A DNA stretch of 64,000 nt, taken from positions 4,220-68,219 of IMG/VR virus record IMGVR_UViG_3300043446_000421; one strand, 5' to 3'. Both the position numbers and the translations under genes were made by a program. Below, in pieces: positions 54,882 to 64,000 of this stretch; within the stretch, counting starts at the first letter, position 1, and every line of letters begins with the position of its first letter. Origin of the DNA: a virus. The notes beneath the pieces were generated by a model. That model ran no database searches, was not told the origin of the DNA, and saw only the letters and a list, made by a program, of their open reading frames with translations.

Positions 54882-55357
54882 CTAAACAACAGCCCGTAAA
54901 TGTCCGTAAGCGCAGTGGCATTGTTGCCATTAGTTCTAACCGCAAGCTGATACGGTCCCATGTACTGACGCTCATTAACTAGTAAAGTGCCGCTACACAA
55001 AAACAGGTTTGTGTTGGAGTCCATAATCATGGACTGCCCCTGTTTCATTTCAAACAGGTTGATCGGCGGAACATAATTTTGATTAACCTTCGGGTCATAG
55101 CACCAAGACACACTATCCTTATTGGCTGTAGCTATTAAAGAACGGTCTTCATAATTACCGTAGTTGATCCAACCGGGATCGCACTGATACACAACCTCGC
55201 CTGTATTCTTATCGCGCACCGTAAAATCGCCCTCAGTGAACAGAAGTACTGTTTTACTGTCAGCATAAGTAGCAGCGTCTACGGTGTACCCTTTCTCATA
55301 GTAGTTCCCGTACAGAATGCGCCCAAACGCAGCGAACGGTTTGCGTCTCATATTCAT
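54878..55357 (-). CDS. Hypothetical protein
   Basis: 159 aa coupled ORF. Confidence 0.6.
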   Translation of the reverse strand: MNMRRKPFAAFGRILYGNYYEKGYTVDAATYADSKTVLLFTEGDFTVRDKNTGEVVYQCDPGWINYGNYEDRSLIATANKDSVSWCYDPKVNQNYVPPINLFEMKQGQSMIMDSNTNLFLCSGTLLVNERQYMGPYQLAVRTNGNNATALTDIYGLLFR

Positions 55358-55695
55358 ACCGTGGCAAAAGGCGTATGGTTATCCAAGTCTGCAAGTTCGT
55401 TTACAGTGAACTCTTGTGTTTGCCCTACCATTTCTTTAAACGCAGCAACACGCTGTGGATCAGCAACAAACTTTTCCTTGGCTTCCTGCATCTGGGCATG
55501 GTGCATACCCGCCATGGCAATGCGCTTTTTGATCTCCTCGGGGTTTGTTATATCCGGCCACATAGTTATTGGCTGAAAAGCGTATGTGGGATACGCAGCG
55601 GGGTCTTGGCTTTTAGTAGCATCGGACGCAAAAGAGACCAGCAGTGAATGGCTGGCCTCGTCATACCCCATAATCTTCATTCGTACTTTGTCCAT
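55354..55695 (-). CDS. Hypothetical protein
   Basis: 113 aa coupled ORF. Confidence 0.6.
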   Translation of the reverse strand: MDKVRMKIMGYDEASHSLLVSFASDATKSQDPAAYPTYAFQPITMWPDITNPEEIKKRIAMAGMHHAQMQEAKEKFVADPQRVAAFKEMVGQTQEFTVNELADLDNHTPFATV

Positions 55696-55696
55696 A

Positions 55697-56578
55697 TTAA
55701 CCTGCCGGTCCGTTTCTTGTTCCTGTAGCCGTCCATGTCACGAATGGATTGCCAATAATGTAGTAACCTGCTGCTCCGCCGGGGCCGCCTGACCGAGGAT
55801 TTGCGCCTCCCACAGAAGCCCCGCTTGCCCCCGCTGCGCCTCTGCCCCCACCAGTACCACCGGGATTATCCCCACGTCCGGGGCCACCACTACCACCAGA
55901 ACTGCTACTGCCCGCGCTGCCGGGAGACCCACCACCACCTCCAGCACCGCCGTTATATCCGGCACCGCCACCGCCACCACCGCCCCAATAGCTTGGACCC
56001 TTATCTGGAGTAATACCGGCTCCTGCGCCACCACCACCGCCACCACCAGCAATAACGCTGTTGTTCTGTATGGTTGTTGGGCGGTTTATATAAAGTGCAT
56101 TACCGCCACCTGCACCGGGATTGCCGTTACTTGCGCCAAATTGCCCCGCACCGCCACCGCCACCCATACCTTGGATAACACCATTATTGGTGATCGTGAC
56201 TGTATCGCCGGGGCTAAATGAACTTGGCACCAGCATCGCGTACGTGCCTGTGGATGTGCTTCCCACCTGCACACCGGGGGACACTGTGACGTTTACGTTG
56301 GCTTTACCCGCCACATAAGCTGGGCTGGCAGAGGCTTGTGTATATACATCGTAGTTGTAGGTCGGTGAAGAGATCGTCAGTGGGACATCCACCCGGTTTG
56401 CCGTGCCGTAAAAGTTGTTTGCCGCAATCGTGCCCGAGGAGGGAATTGTGGTTGTCGTAGAACTGACCGGCACATATGCCCCACCACGGTAGTACTCATT
56501 CAACCCAATCGGGTTAGTACCTCCAAACTCCGTCTGGATATTTGTAAACGCCAGTGGACCAGAAGAAGGCAGCGCCAT
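55697..56578 (-). CDS. Gly-rich receptor-binding/tail-tip protein
   Basis: MALPSSGPL...EFGG...YYRGG N-terminus; poly-Gly motifs resembling gp38-like adhesins. Confidence 0.7.
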   Translation of the reverse strand: MALPSSGPLAFTNIQTEFGGTNPIGLNEYYRGGAYVPVSSTTTTIPSSGTIAANNFYGTANRVDVPLTISSPTYNYDVYTQASASPAYVAGKANVNVTVSPGVQVGSTSTGTYAMLVPSSFSPGDTVTITNNGVIQGMGGGGGAGQFGASNGNPGAGGGNALYINRPTTIQNNSVIAGGGGGGGAGAGITPDKGPSYWGGGGGGGAGYNGGAGGGGGSPGSAGSSSSGGSGGPGRGDNPGGTGGGRGAAGASGASVGGANPRSGGPGGAAGYYIIGNPFVTWTATGTRNGPAG

Positions 56579-56580
56579 AT

Positions 56581-57297
56581 TTACACCGTGCCGTAAGCGG
56601 TCAGGTTAGCCAGAGCAGTGACGTTGCCCAGCGAGTCAATCTTCAGGATGTTCGTTGCGCCATTCTTTAAGTACAGCACTCCACCTACTTCGGTAAAAGT
56701 GTAATTGGTTGTCGCAATCGTACCCGCGCCCGCAGCTACGCTGCCAGTCAAGTTGCCTGTGACGTTGCCGTTGACATTACCCGTGACGTTACCTGTCAGA
56801 GGACCAGCAAAACTAGCCCCGGTTACAGCGCCTGTAACAGACAGCGCTCCGCCAATAGACAGGTTGCCCGTGATGTGATTCAGTTGTTCTGTCACGTTGG
56901 TGCCGTCGGCACGGAGCAGCACGCTCTTACCCGTAGGGATAGCCACCCCAGTACCCGCAGCAGTCGTGTTGCCAATAACCGTCGAGCAGTAAATAGTCGC
57001 TGTGTAGCCGGACAAATTGATGATGACGTAGAGCTTGGTGACCGGAGGGACGTACACCGCGAAGTTGGCTGTTGTGGTTGTGGTCAGGGCTACCGCTGCG
57101 CATCGCGCTTGGTCAGCCGCACCGTTTTGAGCAGTCAGCGCTTGATCTGCGGTGGTTACAGAAACGGAGGCCAAGCCAGAAATAGCGTCCTCGATAATCA
57201 CCCCGAGGTTGTCATTGGTGATGGTGCCCCATGTGCCGGACTTTTCACCGTTGGCAATAAGCTCGATCCGCAGATCGGGGGAGTATGTACTTGGCAT
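56581..57297 (-). CDS. Tail fibre/structural protein
   Basis: GEKSGTWGTITN; GNVT repeats. Confidence 0.7.
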   Translation of the reverse strand: MPSTYSPDLRIELIANGEKSGTWGTITNDNLGVIIEDAISGLASVSVTTADQALTAQNGAADQARCAAVALTTTTTANFAVYVPPVTKLYVIINLSGYTATIYCSTVIGNTTAAGTGVAIPTGKSVLLRADGTNVTEQLNHITGNLSIGGALSVTGAVTGASFAGPLTGNVTGNVNGNVTGNLTGSVAAGAGTIATTNYTFTEVGGVLYLKNGATNILKIDSLGNVTALANLTAYGTV

Positions 57298-57306
57298 GAT
57301 CTTTCC

Positions 57307-57786
57307 TTAACTTAAATACAACGCACGCTCATCGTTGCGCCGTTTCACCAGACCTTTAAGTACTTTACCCCCAGCCTTGGTGTACTTCAAGAATTCGTCG
57401 GCAGCGCCTTGGTAGTCGCCCCGGTTGTGCTTTTGTCGCAGTGTACTGCGCTGTAAAGTCCCTAGCCCTAAGTTGAAGCTGAAGCTAACCAGAGCGTCCA
57501 ACCAGCTTTGGCGAGAGCCAGCGTCAGGACAATATTTAAGAACTCCGCGTTCAAACCTTTCAAGGTCTTTTGCAAGTATGGCATCCACTTCTTCCATTGT
57601 AAACGTGCGGTTCCAGCCCGCCGGACAGGGCAAACCCACCCTATCTTCGATTTTCAGCTTGCCGTGATTCGGGTCAATCACATGCCCCACCCCAATAGTC
57701 CAGAGTTTCGCCGGGCACTGATAAGGCTTCATCCGCACCCCTTCGTGATGCCGAATCATTAGTAGTGCATTTTTGCTAACAGGCAT
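57307..57786 (-). CDS. Endolysin, GH24 lysozyme
   Basis: HHEG...PYQCPAKLWTIGVGH; ALVSFSFNLG; GLVKRRNDE. Confidence 0.9.
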   Translation of the reverse strand: MPVSKNALLMIRHHEGVRMKPYQCPAKLWTIGVGHVIDPNHGKLKIEDRVGLPCPAGWNRTFTMEEVDAILAKDLERFERGVLKYCPDAGSRQSWLDALVSFSFNLGLGTLQRSTLRQKHNRGDYQGAADEFLKYTKAGGKVLKGLVKRRNDERALYLS

Positions 57787-57788
57787 AG

Positions 57789-58304
57789 TTATTTCCCAAA
57801 GGCTCTGCCGCCGAAGTGGAACGCAATGATTGATGCAAACAACGCCTGAGTCTCGTTATCCCAAAGCTGGTCGGCCAACTGGACAAAATCGACCCCACTT
57901 GTCAGCCCTTTGTAGGCGATAACAGCGTCAATCCCAACCAGCAAGAAGAAGAACCCGTAAGTAATTACTGGGCGAACACTGGCGCGGAGATTTTTCATCC
58001 ACTGGCTGGTGCCCTCATTTAACGACATGTCGTGGGCGTAGATAGCTTGCATCTCAGCTTGCTGGGCACCGATCAGGGCTTGCTTTTCATCAGACGCGGT
58101 TTGTGTCCTGATTTCGTCAAGTTTGATAGCTTCGATCTGCTGCTGGGCAACGTAGCCCGCAGCCGCCATTTGCAGTTCCCGTTCGGTCTGCATTTGAGCC
58201 AGTGTAATCTCGTGTTTCTTGTCTGAACGATCTTGTATGAAGTCAAATATCTTGGGCAGACCACCCATCAAGAAAGACACAAGTGTTGAAAAAATAGTAA
58301 GCAT
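57789..58304 (-). CDS. Putative holin
   Basis: LRASVRPVITY + TM segments + FHFGGR; adjacent to lysozyme. Confidence 0.65.
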   Translation of the reverse strand: MLTIFSTLVSFLMGGLPKIFDFIQDRSDKKHEITLAQMQTERELQMAAAGYVAQQQIEAIKLDEIRTQTASDEKQALIGAQQAEMQAIYAHDMSLNEGTSQWMKNLRASVRPVITYGFFFLLVGIDAVIAYKGLTSGVDFVQLADQLWDNETQALFASIIAFHFGGRAFGK

Positions 58305-58555
58305 TACTCTTCTCCTCTTAGTTCCTTAATAATCTTCATCCGCAACTCTTTCATCTTACGGGTTTCTTCTACCGCCCGGTACATCGCATTGTTCATATCC
58401 ATGTACATCACCCCCATGACCGGCAGCGCAATGACTAGCACAAGACACAAGACCAGAACGGCGACGAGTAAAGCCCACGGTACGTCTGGCTCGTTCGCAG
58501 AAGGAGGAGGACTCCGACGTACCACGCTACGACGAAAAGGATTGCTCCAACCCAT
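58304..58555 (-). CDS. Membrane protein (lysis cassette)
   Basis: Single long TM segment. Confidence 0.5.
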   Translation of the reverse strand: MGWSNPFRRSVVRRSPPPSANEPDVPWALLVAVLVLCLVLVIALPVMGVMYMDMNNAMYRAVEETRKMKELRMKIIKELRGEE

Positions 58556-59145
58556 ACTGCTTCTTCCTTGCGTTTTCTTCTCAACCTGCGCAGTTGCAGG
58601 GCTTCTTTCTGCAACCTTGCCGTCTCCCGCTTATGTGCCTCATCCTGCTCGACAATAATCTGCCGCCACATCGCTTCGTACTTCGTCCACAAATCTCCTA
58701 GTTCAGGCGGCGCTTTGTAGACCATCGTCTCTCGCAACTCAGCAATCATGGCATCCAATCTTGCCCGAATAATAACCCTTGTCAAGGCCCGTTTGCCAAT
58801 TGATTCTGTGCCTGTGTAGACCTGTTTCGCTTCTGCTTCCTGCTGAATAAACGCCTTGCCAATCTTGTCGTACTCATCCATCAACACACCCAGATCGTTG
58901 CCAATCTGGAGAAACACATCGTTCGGGTCGGCCTTGGCTATCTCCTGCACCCGCTGTACTTCTTCGTTGTACTGAATCTTCTGCGCGTTCGTTGGGTTCG
59001 GTATCTTCTGGAACTGCGACTTCAGATCATCCAATACATCCTTGACTTCACCCGCTGCGCCCTTGATGTCCTTGTAAAGCTGGCATCCTTTTTTAACCGC
59101 AGCAACAGCAGCGTTGGCAGCGGCAAGGAGCGTTAGCGGGTCCAT
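58435..59145 (-). CDS. Coiled-coil membrane protein
   Basis: MDPLTLLAAA...; C-terminal TM. Confidence 0.6.
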   Translation of the reverse strand: MDPLTLLAAANAAVAAVKKGCQLYKDIKGAAGEVKDVLDDLKSQFQKIPNPTNAQKIQYNEEVQRVQEIAKADPNDVFLQIGNDLGVLMDEYDKIGKAFIQQEAEAKQVYTGTESIGKRALTRVIIRARLDAMIAELRETMVYKAPPELGDLWTKYEAMWRQIIVEQDEAHKRETARLQKEALQLRRLRRKRKEEAVWVGAILFVVAWYVGVLLLLRTSQTYRGLYSSPFWSCVLC

Positions 59146-59996
59146 TAAATCGTATCAATATCATCCCAGCCGGGGTTTGTATTTGTGTCAATGTTGCCCC
59201 ATGTCGGGGTCTGGTCAGTACTAATTGTGTTCCAGCCCGGTACCTGTGAGTCAGCAATTAACACCCAGCCCGCGTTTACATCTGAGTTAATTATCTGCCA
59301 CGAGACGTTCTGGCTGTCGTCAATCAATTCCCACAACAGACGCTGGGTCAGCGTATCAAAACCTTGGGCCGTCTCTGCTATGGCCGCTATTGCAATAATG
59401 TTACGTGTGACGGTCGCTACCGCTGTCGCTGTCTCGCTTATGAAGGCTACTGCGGCTATGGTGTTTGATGTAGCGTCGGCGGCATTAGCGGTTTCTGTGA
59501 GCGAAGCGAGTACATCGGCGGTGTTCGTTACCGTGTCGGTGGCGTTTCCATACTCAATAATCAAAACGCTCTGGATCGAGCCGCCCGTCGTAATGGTCTC
59601 GGACACCTGCACATATGGATCAATACTTGCCACAGCATCAAGCTGGGCGGCGACGGTATCCACGCCTTGTAGTATTTCGGCAATCGCAGCGGCTGCATCA
59701 TTGGTGTTCGTTACCGCATCAGAGGCTTGTGCTGTTTCGGCAATATTGGTCGGGATTACTGCAGCGTTCGTTACTACGTCTGACGCGTTGGCTGTCTCGC
59801 TTGTGCTTGCCAAAAGGGTTGCGATGTTCGTTACTGCGTCTGAGCCTTGAGCCGTTTCAGCGATTGCAACTGGGATTGTGGTGGTAGCAGATACAGCGTC
59901 TGTTGCGTTTGCGGTTTCACTGAGCGCAGTTTCCCATGTCCGTGCAGCAGGGGCACAGAACGGAGTTGTACAGAATGCGCTGTCAGCGAATAGCAT
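59145..59996 (-). CDS. Repetitive structural protein
   Basis: ~20-aa 'ETAxAxDxV' repeats; Trp-repeat C-terminus. Confidence 0.65.
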   Translation of the reverse strand: MLFADSAFCTTPFCAPAARTWETALSETANATDAVSATTTIPVAIAETAQGSDAVTNIATLLASTSETANASDVVTNAAVIPTNIAETAQASDAVTNTNDAAAAIAEILQGVDTVAAQLDAVASIDPYVQVSETITTGGSIQSVLIIEYGNATDTVTNTADVLASLTETANAADATSNTIAAVAFISETATAVATVTRNIIAIAAIAETAQGFDTLTQRLLWELIDDSQNVSWQIINSDVNAGWVLIADSQVPGWNTISTDQTPTWGNIDTNTNPGWDDIDTI

Positions 59997-60136
59997 TATT
60001 CCTCCGCCGGTTCCGGTGTGTTGCCTTCTTCAAGCCACTTCAGGTAAGCCTGATAGTCGGTGTTGGCGGGGTCGAATGGGATTTGCGCCCCATCCGTTGT
60101 TCTTATCACCACTTGATATTGTGTTAATTTGTACAT
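59996..60136 (-). CDS. Small tail-fibre assembly-like protein
   Basis: Manual ORF MYKL...[28 protein letters not shown]. Confidence 0.7.
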   Translation of the reverse strand: MYKLTQYQVVIRTTDGAQIPFDPANTDYQAYLKWLEEGNTPEPAEE

Positions 60137-61219
60137 TTATAGCTCCGAGCTAAATACTATGTAGCTACTTGCACTATTTGTTCTCATAACACATCCGGCA
60201 TTGGTTGTTGTGCCAGACGCTGATAATTTGAGTGTTATGCTATTTTTAGTGGCAAACGATAAAGCCAATGCCGTTCCAACTCTTGATCCAGCAGCATCAT
60301 TAAGAGTAAATGTACTTGCCGCACTATTAGCTGAAATAGTTGGTGCTGACCGCATTGGAACAGGAGTAATTGATGGTGTATAACCAGCAGCAGTATCTTC
60401 AAACCCAGATCCAAACACTGCGGTATCTTCATACCCAAATACCCAGCAATACCGCTGACACAACGCCAACTCCGTACCAAACGGCCTGTAATCAAAGCTC
60501 GTGGCTGTGCTGCCTTTTTCGAGTTGTACGCCGGTGATGTAGAAGGTTGCGTTAAGTGTGGAGATAAGATTGGTAGAACCTGTGGCTGAGAAATAAGTCG
60601 CAGATGCCCATGCGCCAGCAGTTCCCAAATAGGTTGAACCCATGCCAAGCGAGAAGTACAGATTTAGACCACCACCATTAGTCTTATCGAATGTTGACCC
60701 AGATGTTGGGCCAGTAATCGTTATCGACTTCTGTTCCCAAGTGTTTGCCGCCGAAATTGTGTAGCTAAATGGGTAGCAATACAAAGCACTATTGTCTGTT
60801 GCCGCACCACCAAAAGTTCCAGTAACTGAACTTCGCACCCAAAATGACAGCGTAAATGTGCTTGCGCCAGCCGCGCCAAACCCTAGATCAGCGACGTTAT
60901 AGCCTTCAATTATTTGCCTAATTAAGTAATACTGCGTTGCGCCAATACTACTGTCAGCGGTTGTCACGGTTGCCAACAAAGATTTTGTAAATCCTGCTGG
61001 TGCTGTGGATGACTGTTGGAGTGTAAATACACCGTCACTTGCTTGACCAACGCCGTTCCACCTGTCAACAACATAGGTGTTGGCAGTCGAATTTATTGTT
61101 ACCGCCGCCCCAGCATTACGCTGGTCGATGACCATAGCACCGTTGATAATGCGATTTTTAAAGGAATAGTACTGCGCTGTACTATCCATCATCCCCGCTT
61201 GTACTTGTGTTAATGCCAT
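60137..61219 (-). CDS. Tail fibre protein with carbohydrate-binding-like domain
   Basis: KNRIINGAM.IDQR...GVQLEKGSTATSFDYRP...ELALCQRY. Confidence 0.75.
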   Translation of the reverse strand: MALTQVQAGMMDSTAQYYSFKNRIINGAMVIDQRNAGAAVTINSTANTYVVDRWNGVGQASDGVFTLQQSSTAPAGFTKSLLATVTTADSSIGATQYYLIRQIIEGYNVADLGFGAAGASTFTLSFWVRSSVTGTFGGAATDNSALYCYPFSYTISAANTWEQKSITITGPTSGSTFDKTNGGGLNLYFSLGMGSTYLGTAGAWASATYFSATGSTNLISTLNATFYITGVQLEKGSTATSFDYRPFGTELALCQRYCWVFGYEDTAVFGSGFEDTAAGYTPSITPVPMRSAPTISANSAASTFTLNDAAGSRVGTALALSFATKNSITLKLSASGTTTNAGCVMRTNSASSYIVFSSEL

Positions 61220-61222
61220 TTT

Positions 61223-61678
61223 TTATGCTCCACGGATCATGCAAGCTTGAAAATAAGTATTGGCTGCTCCACCGTTTACAGATCGAGTAGCTGAACCACT
61301 AATATTTACCCACATTTCAAGATAATCAGTAGTACCGTTCATTGAAATAAGCGCTGAAACAATAGTCGAAGTTGTTTGTGTTCCGCTTGTTCCATTTTGC
61401 GCTGTTTTAAATGCTGTACCATTTTTATATATGGATACACTCATAGAAGAGTTCGACACATCAGCCATCTGCGCACAAGCTTGAACTTGATAATATCCGG
61501 CAACAGTAGGCGTAAATCTATAGTTTGTTACGTTATCAAAATTATTGTTTGTATCAAACTCTTTAGTATCAATCGTTACTTTAGTCCAAATAGTAGACGC
61601 AGGATTAGTGGTTCCGTTTTGATAAGCACTAAACGCTGGCCCTGTCGCAACATTCGCAAGATTAACCGCTGCTGTCAT
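61223..61678 (-). CDS. C1q-like tail fibre protein
   Basis: PAFSAY...FDTNNNFD...RFTPTVAGYY. Confidence 0.7.
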   Translation of the reverse strand: MTAAVNLANVATGPAFSAYQNGTTNPASTIWTKVTIDTKEFDTNNNFDNVTNYRFTPTVAGYYQVQACAQMADVSNSSMSVSIYKNGTAFKTAQNGTSGTQTTSTIVSALISMNGTTDYLEMWVNISGSATRSVNGGAANTYFQACMIRGA

Positions 61679-61965
61679 TCTGTCACCTCATCTGCGGGTT
61701 TTGGATACTTTGCTTTTACTGCCAAGCAAGCATCGATGTATGCCTGAACCTGCGCTTGGTCGCCTTTAACGATGCCGTCGAGGTAATCGCGGAAATCTGG
61801 GTATTCAGCAGCGCGAAGCTCTGCGTAAGTTAGTGCTGGTGGCTGCGGGCGTAATGTATCGGCTTCGTCGTCAGTAATTTTTACAGAACCAGCAGGCAGG
61901 AGATACTCATGCGCAGCGTCATCAAGCCAGTGCAGTTTGTTTTCTGTGTCTTTGTAATGCGGCAT
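61675..61965 (-). CDS. Tail fibre chaperone-like protein
   Basis: YAELRAAEYP...AVKAKYPKP. Confidence 0.65.
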   Translation of the reverse strand: MPHYKDTENKLHWLDDAAHEYLLPAGSVKITDDEADTLRPQPPALTYAELRAAEYPDFRDYLDGIVKGDQAQVQAYIDACLAVKAKYPKPADEVTE

Positions 61966-61974
61966 GATTAGTCC

Positions 61975-63330
61975 TTAACGCAGTTCTCGCCATAAATAAA
62001 GGCCAACACTACCTGTTAAATTAGCCCTATAAGAACTACCAGATGGGATAATAAAAGTTCCAACAGTGTAATAAAGCGAACTTGGAGAAGCGCTACTACC
62101 TTGCCCCCAAGTACCGCTATTAACGCCATCAATAAGAAAATCAACGTAAGCAGTGGCTGAACTTGTGGGATTAATATTTACGGAAACTAAAATTGGCTTT
62201 CCAGTAGTGTTGTAATACGTTGTTCCGGCAGAACGGGATGGGGTTTGCCAAGTTTGCCCATATCCAATAGAACTCATTGCCGCCAAAGCTTGACCACCTT
62301 GACCTTGTATCGTACTAGGAGCGGTTGCCCATGTACCCGCTGTAGTCTGTGTGCTATCAATAAAGCCAACTACACGATAGGGGACGCTTGTTCTTGCTGT
62401 CGTTGAATAGATTACGTTTGCGCTATCTGCCGCGCCAGCGCCACCTTCCGCTGTGGTGCTAATAAGGTTTGTTTCGTCAAGCTGGTTACCGCCAGCAATA
62501 TTTACCACCGCAAGTTCAACCGTACCGGCATTATCAATAGCCAAGACTACGATGCGGGATGCTGTTGCATTAACCGTCCCAAGCGTTGAGCCAGATGACA
62601 CCGTCATGCTAATTGCAGTAGAAACAGTGCGCGTATTAACCGTTCCACTACCCAGCGTCGAGCTTCTGAAGTTCAGTGATGTAGGGTTTAATGTCACTGT
62701 CAGTGCGTTAGCAGCAACAGACGCGGTTATTGGTTGTATTGGTGCCGTGGTATTGGTTGAAACAATTGAGTTTGCTGTGACCGTGCTGTTGAATGTAGTC
62801 GCGCCTGTCACTGTGCCGCCGGTCAGGGGAAGTGCGCCTGAGATTGAAGTCAGGTTAAAGACCTGAATAACTACCGTATCCCCTGCTGTACAGGCGTTGG
62901 CTAATGTGACTGTCGTGCCGTTCGTTGCTGTGTAGTCAGCAGGAGCAAGTGTTGCGCCGTTACGGATGACGTTGATAAATCCTACTTGGTAGCTGCCGCT
63001 TGGGGTGAACGTAGTTTGTCCGCCCGTTGCTGTGAACGAAGTCGAGGAGAAGTACGCCGTGTTGCCCGGTGACGATACGCCAATAACTGGCAGTCCAAGG
63101 TAGAGCACCGAGATATTGTTCGTGCCGGTAGGCGGTGCGCCTGAGAATGTCAGGGTGGTGCTGATGACGGAATACGTATTGGGGTTCTGAACTACACCTG
63201 ATACCGCAACAATGATCGAGGTTGTACTTGCTGGCGCATAGGTCAGCGTGAAAGCCGTAGTTGATCCGTTACCGCTGAACTGATCGAACGGGAACGAGCC
63301 GGTAGTTGGTTGTGCGCCGATGTAGCTCAT
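61975..63330 (-). CDS. Tail fibre protein
   Basis: Thr/Gly-rich; GQTWQ...YYNTTGKPI C-terminus. Confidence 0.7.
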   Translation of the reverse strand: MSYIGAQPTTGSFPFDQFSGNGSTTAFTLTYAPASTTSIIVAVSGVVQNPNTYSVISTTLTFSGAPPTGTNNISVLYLGLPVIGVSSPGNTAYFSSTSFTATGGQTTFTPSGSYQVGFINVIRNGATLAPADYTATNGTTVTLANACTAGDTVVIQVFNLTSISGALPLTGGTVTGATTFNSTVTANSIVSTNTTAPIQPITASVAANALTVTLNPTSLNFRSSTLGSGTVNTRTVSTAISMTVSSGSTLGTVNATASRIVVLAIDNAGTVELAVVNIAGGNQLDETNLISTTAEGGAGAADSANVIYSTTARTSVPYRVVGFIDSTQTTAGTWATAPSTIQGQGGQALAAMSSIGYGQTWQTPSRSAGTTYYNTTGKPILVSVNINPTSSATAYVDFLIDGVNSGTWGQGSSASPSSLYYTVGTFIIPSGSSYRANLTGSVGLYLWRELR

Positions 63331-63333
63331 GGA

Positions 63334-63912
63334 TTATTCCCACAAAACATTTATTGTGCCAGCGTCAAAGGTGTCTGTGCCGTTGACTGTGGTGATGCGA
63401 ACGCGGTCTAGGGTTCCGGATAACGCAATAAAACCAGAAACCAAATTTGTATGTGGCTGACCGGGGACACCTAAAATACCTGAAGTAACCCAAGTATTTC
63501 CCGTTTGTAAGCAAAGTTGTATGTTTCCTGTTAATACGTTTGCTGCATTCCCAGATTGAACGCCAAAACCTGTTGTGTATGTAGTAGTTGATACAGCACT
63601 TGATCCAACAGTTGAGCTTGTTGCTGAATACCCAGATGAAGTAATTGACCCTGCTCCTATTTGAACCAAGGGGTTGCTAGTGCCACTCGTACTAACCCCA
63701 CTAAACATCACAGTAATACGTTTAGCCGTACTAGGGATGCCTGTGAAATCAATGTTTGTGCCGCTTGTAGAAGCAACCGCAGTACCAGACTTAATAACAC
63801 CAGAAGCGTTGCCCGTAAGCGTAAAGTTGCCGCTGACAGCCAGATTCCCAGACGAGTCCCATGTCGGAGCGCCTGTGTCTAATCCTACTGGTGGTATCTT
63901 GTCGATTGCCAT
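63334..63912 (-). CDS. Tail fibre-related protein
   Basis: DFTGIPSTAKRIT...LDRVRITTVNGTDTFDAG. Confidence 0.7.
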   Translation of the reverse strand: MAIDKIPPVGLDTGAPTWDSSGNLAVSGNFTLTGNASGVIKSGTAVASTSGTNIDFTGIPSTAKRITVMFSGVSTSGTSNPLVQIGAGSITSSGYSATSSTVGSSAVSTTTYTTGFGVQSGNAANVLTGNIQLCLQTGNTWVTSGILGVPGQPHTNLVSGFIALSGTLDRVRITTVNGTDTFDAGTINVLWE

Positions 63913-63915
63913 TAC

Positions 63916-64000
63916 TTACTCCGGTTTCGGATACTTGGCTTTCACAGCCATTACGGTCGCTAACATCTCTTCAGCGGCAGCGCCGCCCTTCCACAACGCA
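63916..64000 (-). CDS. Tail fibre chaperone-like protein (3' part only)
   Basis: ...ALWKGGAAAEEMLATVMAVKAKYPKPE*. Confidence 0.55.
   Translation of the reverse strand, partial: ALWKGGAAAEEMLATVMAVKAKYPKPE

Noticed and set aside
55697-64000. Diversity-generating retroelement acting on tail fibres
   Set aside because: No reverse transcriptase and no template/variable repeat pair seen.

Overview
The window is most of a ~65 kb tailed-phage genome (podovirus-like Caudoviricetes, probably circularly permuted). No integrase, tRNA, rRNA or canonical CRISPR array is visible. Minus strand 1-12468 holds terminase, portal, a GroES-like protein, scaffold, capsid and head-completion genes. Plus strand 12873-36830 holds early and replication genes: MoxR AAA/vWA, PolA, nucleases, an SNF2 helicase and a primase-helicase. 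Minus strand 36902-64000 holds ejection/polyvalent proteins, tail, a 2OG-Fe(II) oxygenase cluster, lysis and tail fibres. The standout locus is 22066-23732. A stand-alone RAMP/Cas7-like gene is followed by a 0.5 kb non-coding array of 9 units bounded by AGGCAGGT and built from strictly phased GGY-NN pentamers, then by a conserved-looking partner gene. This suggests a phage-encoded RNA-guided system with a non-contiguous dinucleotide code (VIPR-like). Also notable: a 15-bp palindromic operator repeated before early genes, a candidate sRNA antisense to the phage's extended ribosome-binding sites, several structured leaders, an iteron-like origin candidate, and an L,D-transpeptidase-like domain in the giant ejection protein. 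All protein calls rest on motif recognition by eye; no database searches were run.
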